In this document: positions 12,344-24,419 of the stretch, one piece after another
Numbering within the stretch: the first letter of the stretch is position 1
How the letters are laid out: every line of letters begins with the position of its first letter
NCBI GenBank assembly: GCA_964188305.1
Contig: OZ076892.1
Direction: 5' to 3' (one strand)
DNA from: Podarcis bocagei
Lineage: Eukaryota
DNA: 64,000 nucleotides
Made by a program: the position numbers and the translations under genes
The notes under the pieces: model-generated
The model's database searches: none
The model's input: only the letters and a program-made list of their open reading frames with translations
Told to the model about the DNA's origin: nothing

Positions 12344-12599
12344 CCGTATTTTTGCTCTATAAGAAGCACCAGACCATGAGACGCACCTAGTTTTTGAAGG
12401 AGGAAAACAAGAAAAAAAATATATTCTGAATCTCAGAAGCCGGAACAACAAGAGGGATCGCTGCACAGCGAAAGCAGCGATCTCTCTTGCTATTCTGGCT
12501 TCTGGGATAGCTGCGCAGCCTGCATTCGCTCCATAAGATGCACACACATTTCCCCTTTTTAGGAAGGAAAAAGTGAGTCTTATAGAGCAAAAAATACGG
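12344..12599. mobile_element. Tc2/pogo-like MITE
   Basis: TA|CCGTATTTTTTGCTCTATAAGA...TCTTATAGAGCAAAAAATACGG|TA, perfect TIR with TA TSD. A related partial end lies near 59150-59175. Confidence 0.85.
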
Positions 12600-14487
12600 T
12601 AATTAAAAGTAAATAAATAATGTTTTGAGAGGCATTTAAGTTAAAAAAGAGAAAGGTAGACAGAAAGTATAAAACAAATATGTGAATAGGTACCATCTGT
12701 ACCCATATCCTGCATAAGGTCCACCAAACCCTAGCACGGGGTAAGGAACCTCTGGCCCATGGGCCAATCCAGGCTTAGCATGGGTCCCAATTTGAACTGC
12801 AAACAGTGTCCACCTGCCCCACACATGACATCATTTGTGTGGTCAGGTGTGTAGCAGGAAGAGACATGGCAGGATTGGGCACATGAGTGAGATCCCCATG
12901 TGGAACTCAACTATGCAGCTGGTGTCTGCAGAAAAAAGCTTTGTGCTCCAGGCTTTGCCAAGCAAAGGGCTGGCAAAGCCCCTTGCACTTTGGTTCCCAA
13001 GTGCCTGACAACCAGTGTTATGCAAGGGACTTTTGAGAGGTTAGCAGGACAATCTACCTATCAAAGTTGGCCTGTGGGGGTGGGAAGGGATTATGACCTG
13101 CTGGGCCAGAAAGATTTCCCACCCAGGCCTTCGAATGAGCCACTGCTCTCGTTCCTCTTCCTGCTACCCACACATTGATCGCAGAAGCTGGAGTCTCTGT
13201 CTAGAATTGCTGTGCTCAACAATCATATATGCCAAGACAAATAAAGCTTTAACTGCCACATAAATCTGTCAGCAGAAATTTCCAGGGGGGGGGGGTAAGC
13301 TGTGCTAGTTTGTTGCAGCAAAAACAATAAAGAGCCTTGTCACCTTAGAAGGCAACCACAATTTCATGAACCAGTCTTTAAGTTGCCACAAAACTCATTG
13401 GTTTGAATCCTTAGACAAATCCCCCAACCCATCCTACACTGTTCAAGAGCCCTCCCCCCAACAAGGCATTTGGGGGGGGGTAGGTCCACTGCAGAGAAGA
13501 GATGGGAATAGGAAACGTTCTGTCCATGCACTTCCTGAAGTTAACTAATCTTGGGGTTTGCTGTTATGCTGCATTTGCTGTTATGCTGATAACAGAAGTA
13601 AGCTTATCAAATGCTGGATTTTTTCAATTCCTGTTGCTTTAGCTTGGCTGAAATTGCTCTTAAATGCTAATGATTAACCAAGAATGGGAGCTGAAGAACA
13701 GAATTTCTGCAGAGAAGCACTGGTCTTAAAAATGAAGGGTGCAAAACTATAATGGTCTCAAATGCTTAAAAAATCTGTGCTGCAGACTGTTATACTTGTT
13801 TTCTGGAGTTGGGAAGAAAATGTGAATGCAAGACAGCTTTCATGGGTGAAACTTAATAATACTTACGATCCAACAACTTTATTTTTATTATGAAACAAAG
13901 AGCTAACTACCATACCTTCATAAACTACCAATAGACAGAGTTTTGTTGTTTTGTTTTGTTTGCTAGAGAGGCTTAACTTCTGCTTGGGAGCACAATGAAA
14001 TCAGAACAAAGCAGATTAGAAAAAGTGTGCCCCAGTTAGAAAGGACCAGAACTGCCTTGCCTGCTAGGCAACCCCCGTTGCCTGCAATCAATTCACAAGA
14101 GGAAAACCATAGCGTGGCATACACAAAGAGCAGGTGCTTAGCAGAAAGGTACTGGCAAACCAAATGCAGGCAGCAACTGTTTTAGGCACGTCCAATATGT
14201 GTGTGACTGCACATTCGTTCATCATGCTGACCTGGAAGTGACCTGAAATCATCACAAAAGGAGTAGAACGGGGCAGAACAGGCTTATACAGGCCCTGTCA
14301 ATGTATGTATGGGGGGGGGGGCTTCCTGGAACGTTACCCCCATGCAAATTGGTCATTGCCTGTAGCTGTAGATGATGTACATGGACAAGCCAAGTGCAGG
14401 GTCACCTCTCTAGATGTACCATGAGAACACTATCTCAACTCCAAAAATGGCAGTCTGTTGAAGACCTCAGCAAGGTATAATTAAATG

Positions 14488-14922
14488 CAGTGCTTTTTTT
14501 CTAAAACAAAATTTAGGAGTACAGTGGACGCTCGGGTTGTGAACGTGATCCGTGCAGGAGGCACATTCGCAACCTGCAGAGCCGTGTCTGCACACGCATG
14601 GGTTGCGATTCAATGCTTCTGCGCATGCGCTACTGCCGAAACCCAGAAGTAACCTGTTCCGGTACTTCTGGGTTTCGGCACGTCCGTAACCCGAAAAAAC
14701 GCAACCTGAAGCGTCTGTAACCCGAGGTATGACTGTACTCTCATTCCGTCTGAGACTTAGGAAACACCATGACAGGAAATGAGGCCGCCATCGGGAGTAA
14801 CTGACGATTCACTGTGCTAAAGAAATGAAAAATGTTAAAAACTTTAGTTTCTTCTCCTGTTACAATTCACAAAATGTTTAGGGGTGTGTGTACCCCTGCG
14901 TACTCCCAGACAAAAGGCACTG
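14488..14922. mobile_element. hAT-like non-autonomous element containing a nested MITE
   Basis: CAGTGCTTTT...AAAAGGCACTG termini, 8-bp TSD attaaatg/attaaatt. Related copy at ~62796-62945. Confidence 0.65.
14522..14735. mobile_element. Tigger-like MITE, family B (nested in the hAT element)
   Basis: TA|CAGTGGACGCTCGGGTT...AACCCGAGGTATGACTG|TA, internal TGCGCATGCGC. Confidence 0.75.
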
Positions 14923-15695
14923 ATTAAATTAAAACATACATATTGAAAAATTATATACTGATTAGAAAAATATGATTCCCTGTTTTAACTATGTTCCATG
15001 ATTCAAAATAAGCCATAAGAAATATCAGGTGTTGGAAACAAAAGCAGTTTTTGCACATACTGTGACCCTCAAATCATCTTAATCCCTGAGCCACTCATTT
15101 TCCACTGTTAATCAGGTGCAGTAAACAAGTTCCACTTTCCCGCAAAAAGTTGCTCTGTGCATAGAAAGATTTTACACCAGGCTCTTTTTGTCCACAAATC
15201 AAATCACTTGCATGCTGTAGTGTAAAGTTATCAATAACACAGATATAAAAGGATATGTTGCTTTATATTTTACACTTCTGAAGTGTTTGGGGAGGGAAAC
15301 CTGGGACTCTGCAATTGGAAGTTGTTTGCTTTGCTTTTCTACTGCCACGACTGCAAACCAAAGGCAAGTAAGGCTTCAATTTTTATGCTATTTTTTAAGC
15401 TGGAGAGGAAAACATACCTTTTGTTCAACACAACAAAGCCCAGAAGTCCCTCGCCAGCAGGTGTGGCAGTAAAGTGAGCACTCCTCAATGTAGTCAGTCC
15501 TATCAATCCACCTGCAATTTTTTAAAAACAAGAAGTCACCACCTGTTCCATCTCAATCTCAAAGCACTGAGGGCACAGTATGCAATCTCAAAGGATGTTT
15601 TAATTGTATTGCACCTAAAAACAGACCATTTATTATCTTCACACCTTGCCATAATTAAGCAGCGATTAACACTTAGCCACTAGCTTTGGGCTATA

Positions 15696-15843
15696 CAGTC
15701 ATACCTCGGGTTAAAGTAGCTTCGGGTTGAGCGTTTTCGGATTGCGCTCTGCGACAACCGTGTTCCGTTACTTCTGGGTATCGCCACTCGCGCATGCGCA
15801 GATGCTCAAAATGACATCACACGCATGCAAAATGACATCACAC
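15696..15843. mobile_element. Truncated Tigger-like MITE, family B
   Basis: TA|CAGTCATACCTCGGGTT start and CGCGCATGCGCA internal motif. Only one end present. Confidence 0.6.
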
Positions 15844-15914
15844 CCCAGGAGAGGCCTATTGCCTTTGAAGTCTGTCCTAACCAGATAGGAGTCTGCTGTA
15901 TTTCTCTCTCTCTC

Positions 15915-16501
15915 TTTTGCATAATATTTTATTAAAGCATTTTCATAATACAATAAGGGGGGGGGGACTAATTTAAATGAAAAGGAAAAAGGAAAAGGAA
16001 AAGGAAAGAAAACCTAGAGTTCTCTCTCAAAGGAAGCTCTTAACCTTTGTCTGATGCAGAAAGTGGTGGACCCTCCCAGCTCTCACCCGGAAGCTTTCCT
16101 TTCTTCTCCCAGTCTCTCACCTATCACCTTCATATTTGTGCAATCCTAGGCCCCCATAATGGCCTAGAGCAGAGGACACCAGGGAAAACAAATGGGGGAA
16201 GAGAGAAAAAAGACGTTAAAAAGAACAGAAGAAAAAGGAAAACTAAATAAATAAAATGGACTTCTGCTTTTCTGACCTCATTTACATAAAAGAAATTATT
16301 CAAAATATTCACTCTAGGATGACATCCAACTGTTCTACTTTCTGCTAAGCAATATTTTCCCAATTTTTAGACACAAATGTCTCAAATTCATTCATTTTCC
16401 TTTCCACACAAAAAGTCCAAAAGGGGTTTTCTATTATTAATAAATATCAACCATGCTTTTTTTCTCTAGTCAAACATATCAGCTTTGCCTCCAATAACTT
16501 C
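15915..16501 (-). mobile_element. Old L1-clade LINE 3' fragment (downstream half of the L1 split by the L2)
   Basis: - strand reads degenerate LKLLE..AKLICLTREK...FINN.KPLLDFL, resembling a reptile L1 ORF2 C-terminus, followed by a T-rich 3'UTR and AATAAA near 15930. Confidence 0.55.
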
Positions 16502-16610
16502 AATAATAATAATAATAATAATAATTTATTATTTATACCCCGCCCATCTGGCTGGGTTTCCACAGCCACTCTGGGCGGCTTCCAAAAGAATATTAAAATA
16601 CTATGGTACA

Positions 16611-19600
16611 TCAAACATTAAAAGCTTCCCTAAACAGGGCTGCCTTCAGATGTCTTCTAAAAGTCTGGTAGTTGTTGTTCTCTTTGACATCTGGTGGGAG
16701 GGCATTCCACAGGGAGGGCGCCACTACCGAGAAGGCCCTCTGCCTGGTTCCCTGTAACTTGGCTTCTCGCAGTGAGGGAACCGCCAGAAGGCCCTCGGTG
16801 CTGGACCTCAGTGTCCGGGTAGAACGATGGAGGTGGAGACGCTCCTTCAGGTATACTAGACCGAGGCCGTTTAGGGCTTTAAAGGTCAGCACCAACACTT
16901 TGAATTGTGCTCGGAAACGTACTGGGAGCCAATGTAAGTCTTTCAAGACCGGTGTTATATGGTCTCGGCGGCCGCTCCCAGTCACCAGTCTGGCTGCTGC
17001 ATTCTGGATTAGTTGTAGTTTCCGGGTCACCTTCAAAGGTAGCCCCACGTAGAGCGCATTGCAGTAGTCCAAGCGGGAGATAACCAGAGCATGCACCACT
17101 CTGGCGAGGCAGTCCGCGGGCAGATAGGGTCTCAGCCTACGTACCAGATGGAGCTGATACACAGCTGCCCTGGACACGGATTTAACCTGTGCCTCCATGG
17201 ACAGCTGTGAGTCCAAAATGACTCCCAGGCTGCGCACCTGGTCCTTCAGGGGCACGGTTACCCCATTCAGGACCAGGGAATCCCCCACACCTGCCCGCCT
17301 CCTGTCCCCCAGAAACAGTACTTCTGTCTTGTCAGGATTCAATCTCAATCTGTTTGCCGCCATCCATCCTCCAACCGCCTCCAGACACTCACACAGGACT
17401 GTCACCGCCTTCACTGGTTCTGATTTGAAAGAAAGGTAGAGCTGGGTATCATCCGCATACTGATGAACACCCAGCCCAAACCCCCTGATGATCTCTCCCA
17501 GCGGCTGCATGTAGATGTTGAAAAGCATGGGGGAGAGGACAGAACCCTGAGGCACCCCACAAGTGAGAGCCCAGGGGTCTGAACACTCATCCCCCACCAC
17601 CACTTTCTGAACACGGCCCAGGAGGAAGGAGCGGAACCACTGTATGACAGTGCCCCCAGCTCCCAGCCCCTCAAGACGGTCCAGAAGGATGTTATGGTCG
17701 ATGGTATCAAACGCCGCTGAGAGATCCAGCAGAACTAGGAAGCAGCTCTCACCTTTGTCCCTAGCCCGCCGGAGATCATCAACCAGTGCGACCAAGGCAG
17801 TTTCAGTCCCGCGATGAGGCCTGAATCCCGATTGGAAGGGATCCAAATGGTCCGCTTCTTCCAGGCGTGCCTGGAGTTGTTCGGCAACCACTCGCTCAAT
17901 CACCTTGCCCAAGAATGGAAGATTTGAGACTGGGCGATAGTTGGCCATCGTGGCCGCATCTAAAGATGGTTTTTTAAGAAGCGGTTTAATAACCGCCTCT
18001 TTCAGCGGGTCTGGGAAGGCTCCCTCACGGAGGGAAGCATTCACCACCCCACGAAGCCCATCGCCCAGCCCTTCCCGGCTAGCTTTTATAAGCCAGGATG
18101 GGCAAGGATCAAGGAGACAGGTGGTTGGTTTCACTCGTCCAAGCAGCCTGTCCACATCCTCGGAGGTAACAGATTGGAATTGATCCCACGCAATTTGACT
18201 AGACAGGACTCTAGCACTCTCCCGCCCCGGCCCTGCTCCCACGGTGGCGTCTACCTCTTCCCGAATCTGAGCGACTTTATCTGCAAAAAACTTTGCAAAA
18301 TCATTGCAGGAGATCATGTGGCCCGTAATGGGCCCCGATGTAGCAGGTGGTTCCGCTAAATTGCGGACCACCTGAAAAAGTCTCCTGCTGCTGTTTTCTG
18401 CAGATGCAATAGAGGCGGCGAAGAAAGCCTTCTTCGCCGTCGCTACCGCCACTTGGTAGGCTCGACACTGAGCTCTAACCTGTGTCCGGTCAGCTTCAGA
18501 ATGGGTCATCCGCCACCGGCGCTCTAGCCGTCTCAACGATTGTTTCATTGCCCTCAGATCCGTGGAAAACCACGGGGCTGTCCGGGCTCCATGCAATCGG
18601 AGAGGGCGCTTCGGAGCCAAACAGTCAATAGCCCTGGTTAACTCCACATTCCAGCGGGCCACCAGGGAATCAGCTGAAAGGCCATCAACATGGGATAAAG
18701 CATCCCCTACCACTCTCTGGAAACCATTTGGATCCATTAAGTGGCGGGGGCGGACCATCCGAATCGGTCCCACCTCCCTGCAGAGGGGAAGGGTCGCGGA
18801 GAAGTCAAGTTGCACCAGGAAGTGGTCTGACCATGGCACTTCTTTTGTTTCGCTTTTACTTAGTGTCAGAACACCAACATCCATGGAGGTAAACACCAGG
18901 TCCAAGGCATGTCCGCGGCTATGGGTTGGGCCAAACTTATTCAGGGACAGCCCCATGGAGGCCATGCTTTCCACGAAGTCCCGAGCGGCCCCTTGTAAGG
19001 TCGTGTCGGCATGGATATTAAAATCCCCTAGGACAACCAAACTAGGTGTCTCCAGGAGAACATCCGCCACGACCTGAAGCAGCTCGGGCAGGGAATCCTT
19101 GGTGCAGCGGGGAGGTCGGTACACCAAAAGGAATCCTGTACTGCCCCTATTGCCCAACTTCCAGAACATGCACTCAGAAAACTGGGTCTTCCCAATAGGA
19201 CGCCTGGTGCAAACTAATGACTTCCTAAAAATCACTGCAACCCCCCCTCCCCGCCCACAAGGCCTGGGTTGCTGTGCGTAAGAGAAACCTGGTGGACAAG
19301 CAGCGGCAAGAACAGGCCCATCTGCTTCATCCAACCAAGTCTCTGTTACACAAGCCAGGTCAAATCCTTCATCCATGATCAAGTCATGGATGGCAGTGGT
19401 CTTACGAATCATTGACCTGGCATTGCACAGCAGCACCTTCAGGCTATGTGGGTATCCCTTGCTGATTCTAGTATCCGTCCGGACAGGACCAGACCCGGAG
19501 GCAGGGATAGTCCTCAGACAACGACTAAACCTGCCTCCTCTGTAATGACATGGTCTGGTCTTAGCGTAACTCCTCCTCCTACCCGTGATCACCGAGATCG

Positions 19601-19643
19601 GTTGTCCCAGCGCATCCCCCTCTGTGGAACATGCCCCAGCCAT
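16611..19643 (-). CDS. L2 LINE ORF2: APE endonuclease + reverse transcriptase (1010 aa from first ATG)
   Basis: APE motifs CNARS, VTETW, GDFN, SDH. RT motifs YRPVS, QSGFR, LDLSAAFD, GVPQGSVLSP, YADD. L2-type C-terminus HITPVLKDLHWLPV...FRRHLKAALFREAF. No stops or frameshifts. Confidence 0.95.
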   Translation of the reverse strand: MAGACSTEGDALGQPISVITGRRRSYAKTRPCHYRGGRFSRCLRTIPASGSGPVRTDTRISKGYPHSLKVLLCNARSMIRKTTAIHDLIMDEGFDLACVTETWLDEADGPVLAAACPPGFSYAQQPRPCGRGGGVAVIFRKSLVCTRRPIGKTQFSECMFWKLGNRGSTGFLLVYRPPRCTKDSLPELLQVVADVLLETPSLVVLGDFNIHADTTLQGAARDFVESMASMGLSLNKFGPTHSRGHALDLVFTSMDVGVLTLSKSETKEVPWSDHFLVQLDFSATLPLCREVGPIRMVRPRHLMDPNGFQRVVGDALSHVDGLSADSLVARWNVELTRAIDCLAPKRPLRLHGARTAPWFSTDLRAMKQSLRRLERRWRMTHSEADRTQVRAQCRAYQVAVATAKKAFFAASIASAENSSRRLFQVVRNLAEPPATSGPITGHMISCNDFAKFFADKVAQIREEVDATVGAGPGRESARVLSSQIAWDQFQSVTSEDVDRLLGRVKPTTCLLDPCPSWLIKASREGLGDGLRGVVNASLREGAFPDPLKEAVIKPLLKKPSLDAATMANYRPVSNLPFLGKVIERVVAEQLQARLEEADHLDPFQSGFRPHRGTETALVALVDDLRRARDKGESCFLVLLDLSAAFDTIDHNILLDRLEGLGAGGTVIQWFRSFLLGRVQKVVVGDECSDPWALTCGVPQGSVLSPMLFNIYMQPLGEIIRGFGLGVHQYADDTQLYLSFKSEPVKAVTVLCECLEAVGGWMAANRLRLNPDKTEVLFLGDRRRAGVGDSLVLNGVTVPLKDQVRSLGVILDSQLSMEAQVKSVSRAAVYQLHLVRRLRPYLPADCLARVVHALVISRLDYCNALYVGLPLKVTRKLQLIQNAAARLVTGSGRRDHITPVLKDLHWLPVRFRAQFKVLVLTFKALNGLGLVYLKERLHLHRSTRTLRSSTEGLLAVPSLREAKLQGTRQRAFSVVAPSLWNALPPDVKENNNYQTFRRHLKAALFREAFNV

Positions 19644-19944
19644 TTTGTTGGCTGGGACCCACTCCCCGGCAGCCCTGACCCTTCCCCTTAAGAACAAAAT
19701 AAGACCTTAAAACAATAAAAAACCCCAGAAAACAAAAAACAATACAGATGAAAAACTATAAAAATTACAAATCCATTAAAATCAAACAAATTCCCAACTA
19801 AACATCCATCCCACCCCCATCCCCGTCCCCGCAAATACAAAAAAATAAAAGAAAAAGGAAAAGGAACATTTTAAAACATTTTAAAAAGTACTCTGCGCCC
19901 CTCCGGATCCCCCTGGGCCGCAGCAGCAGTGACAGCAACCATCC

Positions 19945-20737
19945 CTGTGAGGCCTGTCAGGCCCTGCCCTGGGCCAGGTGGTGAGTGGCAGGAAGGAGCA
20001 GGGCCCTCAAACACTCACACAGGAGAGTCCTCCTGGGCAGCAGAGCACAGCAGTCCCTGTAAGTCCTTCAGGCCCTGCCCTGGGCCAGGTGGTGAGTGGC
20101 AGGAAGGAGCAGGGCCCTCAGACACCCACACAGGAGAGTCCTCCTGGGCAGCAGAGCACAGCAGTCCCTGTAAGTCCTTCAGGCCCTGCCCTGGGCCAGA
20201 TGGTGAGTGGCAGGAAGGAGCAGGGCCCTCAAACACTCACACAGGAGAGTCCTCCTGGGCAGCAGAGTGCAGCAGTCCCTGTGAGTCCTTCAGGCCCCGC
20301 CCTGGGCCAGATGGTGAGTGGCAGGAAGGAGCAGGAAGGAGCAGGGCCCTCAAACACTCACACAGGAGAGTCCTCCTGGGCAGCAGAGCGCAGCAGTCCC
20401 TGTGAGTCCTTCAGGCCCCGCCCTGGGCCAGATGGTGAGTGGCAGGAAGGAGCAGGAAGGAGCAGGGCCCTCAGACACCCACACAGGAGAGTCCTCCTGG
20501 GCAGCAGAACGCAGCAGTCCCTGTGAGTCCTTCAGGCCCTGCCCCAGGCCAGATGGTGAGTGGCAGGAAGGAGCAGGAAGGAGCAGGGCCCTCAGACACC
20601 CACACAGGAGAGTCCTCCTGGGCAGCAGAACGCAGCAGTCCTTATGAGGCCTCAGGCCCCGCCCTGGGCCAGATGGTGAATGGCAGGAAGAAGCAGGGCC
20701 CTCAGACACCCACACAGGAGAGTCCTCCTGGGCAGCA
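19945..20737. repeat. Minisatellite-like array, ~7 units (111, 111, 111, 121, 121, 120, partial)
   Basis: Unit anchor CAGGCCC at 19958, 20069, 20180, 20291, 20412, 20533 and 20653. Longer units carry a 10-bp GGAAGGAGCA duplication. Confidence 0.95.
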
Positions 20738-21290
20738 TTCCTCCATGTTAAACAATACTGTGAATGTTTTCATCTTTGTGCACACAAGAATCTCTTCACT
20801 CTGATGCATCCATAATTATTTTCATATTATGTATTCATTTGCACCTAGTTCGGTATCTTACAATCCAATTTCCTGTTGCATTTGCCATGATTTCCCATCC
20901 TTTAAAAAAATCCTTCCATTTAAGCTTCTTCCATTCTTTTTCCAAGAAATGAGTCTGTTGTATTTCTCAATGAATTCTAAATTCCTATTCAGAACAAGCC
21001 TCTTTTATTAAGGATAAGAAAAGGCGGAACATGTGGATTCGGTCAATTTTGTATGTGACTCAGCACACATATATTCAAATAACAACTCTGCTGTATTATA
21101 ATTTTCAATTTATGGGCCAGAGCAATTTCTTCTGCTTTGTGAAACCACTCTTTTTTAGTGTCCTTGCAGATGTTTACAAGGGACCAAATAGAAATCATTA
21201 ATATCATAATTTCAGTCTCTGAGCAGCTATATATAATCATTGATTTTATTTGTATGCTGCTTTTCCATGGTAAACTCTGCTCAAAGTAGT
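20738..21290 (-). mobile_element. Old L1-clade fragment (upstream half of the split L1; far boundary approximate)
   Basis: - strand ends ...TGTGCACAAAGATGAAAA...ATGGAGGAATG (degenerate AQR[W]K...MEEW), which continues naturally into TTATTGAAGTTATTGGAG at 16506-16489. Confidence 0.5.
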
Positions 21291-21375
21291 TCACAACATC
21301 AAAAAGGGTTATATAATAAAATATAAGATTTCAAGATAATTAATGAACAATTACGAAACAAAATTTAAATAAATA

Positions 21376-21565
21376 CAGAGGCCCCCCAGCTTGCGTTACC
21401 CTCGGGTAACGTAAACTTCGGGTTGCGAAAGCGGCAAACCCGGAAGTATTTTTCCAGGTTTCGCTGCAGAAGCACTAAACCGCGCCACGCGCATGTGCAG
21501 AAGCTGTCCTCCGGGTGCGGCCGGACCTCCGGAATGAATCCCATTCGCAACCGGAGGTACCACTG
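21376..21565. mobile_element. Tigger-like MITE, family B
   Basis: TA-flanked, ends CCGGAGGTACCACTG|TA, internal AACCCGGAAGT and CGCGCATGTGCA. Confidence 0.75.
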
Positions 21566-23184
21566 TATCATGGCATGCATAACCAGTGGTTTTTAATTAC
21601 GGTATACTACTGAGGAGCATAAGCATCTAGTTGAAAACTGATGGGTATGGTGTTAGAAAGACATCTATCATTAAAATGTACAAAAATATATCTACAGAAG
21701 AAATTTTATTTCTTCAATAAAAGTTTGTTTTCTTTAAAAGAGAAAAAGACCCACTCCACGTACGCTCTGATGCACCAGCAACTTAGGGAAAGGGACTCTG
21801 TCTGTTGTGTCTGCAGGGACACGTAGTCATTGCTGGAGCCATACAAACAGCAGTTGCCAAACTAACAATTGTGGACCATTGCTCTTATTAGCCAAGCCAG
21901 AACCAGCAAGAAACAAGCAAGAGGGAGCAGTGTGCTAGAGTTAAACCCAAGTTATGCAGAAGCAGTGCTAGAAACTGAGATATGAAAGCTAGGAGCTAAA
22001 TGGCACCTTAAACCTAGGTTATGGGCGCAACAATGGAATGTCTAGGTGTGCTTTTTTATAACAATACAAAGCTAAAAATGAATGAACTGCAGCTAAAGTA
22101 TTATGTTCATTTTTCACATGGTCTGGTCCTTCCTCTGCCCACCCCGTAATATTCTTAAGGGAGTCTCTTCTCCAGTTTTCAGAGAGTAGCTGGAAGTAGG
22201 GAGGCAGAAAAAGGTCCTCCTTTCCTTCTACTCTGCAGTTTTAATCTGAACTCTTAGGCACAGTGCTACGCTCAGAGCTCAGAAACTGCTCACGCTAATG
22301 AAATTCCTTGTCACAAAATGTGCCTAGCACAATGGGAGTTTTGAACACTACGCAGAAGTACTACACGCACACAGAGGGAAACACCTCGCCAGAAAAGAAA
22401 AAAGCAGCACAGTGAGAACTTAGTGCTTCTAGAAGCCACAATACTGCAATATCTTTTTCATCTGAATGTATGAACTGAAGCATGTGAAGTTGTTATGCGC
22501 ATGAACAAATTAAACTATCAAATCTCTTATTTGGATTATATAACAGACACACATCTTTCATTTTAGCCTAAGGGCAATTTTTTCTCCAGGAGAGACAAGC
22601 ACACACACTGCTCTTTTGAGGTTCTAGCCTTATAAGGAGAGCAGGACATACCCTCAGATATACATCATCTAAATTTATATAAATTTATATCTTGCCCTTA
22701 CTTCCAAAGGAGTCCAGAATCACGTCATGCTTTAAGGATAGGTGTAAGATGTCAAGGGTTTCAAACCAGGGTGTCCAGCACCTTATTGTGTGACCAGCAT
22801 TCTTAGTTCTTAGGTAGCCTTTGAGTGTTAAGATTGGATTGCTACCACAACCTGCTTTTGACACTACACCTGCCCCTTCAACCTACTGCTGTCTTGGAAC
22901 TCAGCCTTCTGCCTGGATCTACCTCCTACTGCTAACCCTTTGATCCTCATCTGCTTGATGCACTGCCAGACTCCCAGCCTGCCAAGTGGCCATATCTATT
23001 GCTTTTCTGATTTTTACCCACCTGCACCTGAATTGGATCCCAGCTACAGCTCCTCTCAGAGGTAAACCAAGGCCTAACAATACCATATGTGCTACATTTG
23101 GCAAGCTGTCCTTAAAAAGGAAAGAAAGAACAGACTTGCTCAAATCCCAGCAAAGGGAGAGAGCCAAAACAGGATTCAGTATTA

Positions 23185-23521
23185 CAGTGGTGCCCCGCAA
23201 GACGAATGCATTGCAAGACGAATAACTCGCTAGACGAAAGGGTTTTGCGTTTTTTGAGCTGCTTCGCAATACAAATTTCCCTATGGGCTTGCTTCGCAAG
23301 ACGAAAACGTCTTGCAAGTTTGTTTCCTTTTTCTTAACACCGTTAATACAGTTGCGACTTGACTTCGAGGAGCAACTCATAGAACGCGGTGTGGTAGCCT
23401 TTTTTGAGGTTTTTGAAGACTTTGGTGATTTTTGAAGCTTTTCCAAAACTTTCCCGACACCGTGCTTCGCAAGACGAAAAAACTCGCGGAAGGATTAATT
23501 TCGTCTTGCGAGGCACCACTG
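23185..23521 (+). mobile_element. Tigger-like MITE, family A
   Basis: TA|CAGTGGTGCCCCGCAAGACGAA...TTCGTCTTGCGAGGCACCACTG|TA. Confidence 0.88.
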
Positions 23522-24206
23522 TACTTAGAATCTTGCTATAGATTTAATCCTTCCACCTCAATTTGGTGAAGAGAGATTAATCTTGCCATGTAGATAACTT
23601 GCTGCCAACTTCTCATCTGCTTTCATTTTATGGGATAGAGTTCAGAATTTTCAGACCAGATTTACTGTTAACGCCTGCTCTTAAACACTAGATTAGAAGT
23701 AACCCATTTTGGTTCATTTTAATTAAACAATAAGCATAGGTCCAAGTATGGACTAATGAGGTGGCTGACTTTGCCTATGTCACTGTTTCTCCCTTGCAAA
23801 TATTTTGAACACTTTGCTTGGCAAAATAAAATATTGCAATTAAACTCAAACATACAACACCTGTATTTATATAATCCACATTTCTGAGTATCTAATTATT
23901 ATTATTTATTCTATTTAAAGACCAACAACAAAACAGCAATATACATTAAAAGCAAGAGTTTAAAATGCATTAATAATAAAGCAGCAGATAAATCAGATCA
24001 AGTAGTCTAGCACCAGGCACTGATCTCCCAAAAGCTTGGGTGAACAATTGTCTTAAGGAACCCTGCATGTGCCTCCAAATCTTCTCTGAAGAGCATGGGG
24101 AAACCTTAGAACAGATTTAGGGGAGCACAAGAGGACGAGAGGAGAAGACTATTCACTGTGCATGCAGAAATCCTTATGCTGACAGAACGATCTGCTTAAT
24201 GCTATA

Positions 24207-24419
24207 GAGTGGTACCTCTACTTACGTTCACCTCTGGTTACATATCCTTCGGGATATGTACGCGGCAAACCCGAAAGCATTTTTCCGGGTTTCGCCTCGC
24301 ACACATGCGCAGAAGCGCTCTACTCCGCCATGAGCAGAAGCGGTCCCTCCGGTTGCGGAAATCTCAGGATCCGACCTGAGCTCCGGAACGGATCCTGTCT
24401 GCAACCGGAGGTATCACTG
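24207..24419. mobile_element. Tigger-like MITE, family B
   Basis: TA-flanked GAGTGGTACCTC...GAGGTATCACTG, similar to the 21376 copy. Confidence 0.7.

Larger units (their letters stand above)
16502..20737 (-). mobile_element. Young L2-clade LINE with 5' tandem monomer array
   Basis: (TTA)n tail at 16502-16524 after ...GGGCGGGGTATAAATAATAAA, intact ORF, GC- and CpG-rich body. 5' junction at ~20737 inside a monomer. Confidence 0.92.

Noticed and set aside
19945-20737. CRISPR-like array, or a repeat-protein gene (ORFs 19929-20804)
   Set aside because: Units are contiguous near-identical repeats with no unique spacers, in vertebrate DNA. The ORFs arise because 111 bp is a multiple of 3 and the unit is GC-rich. 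They break at the 121-bp units.
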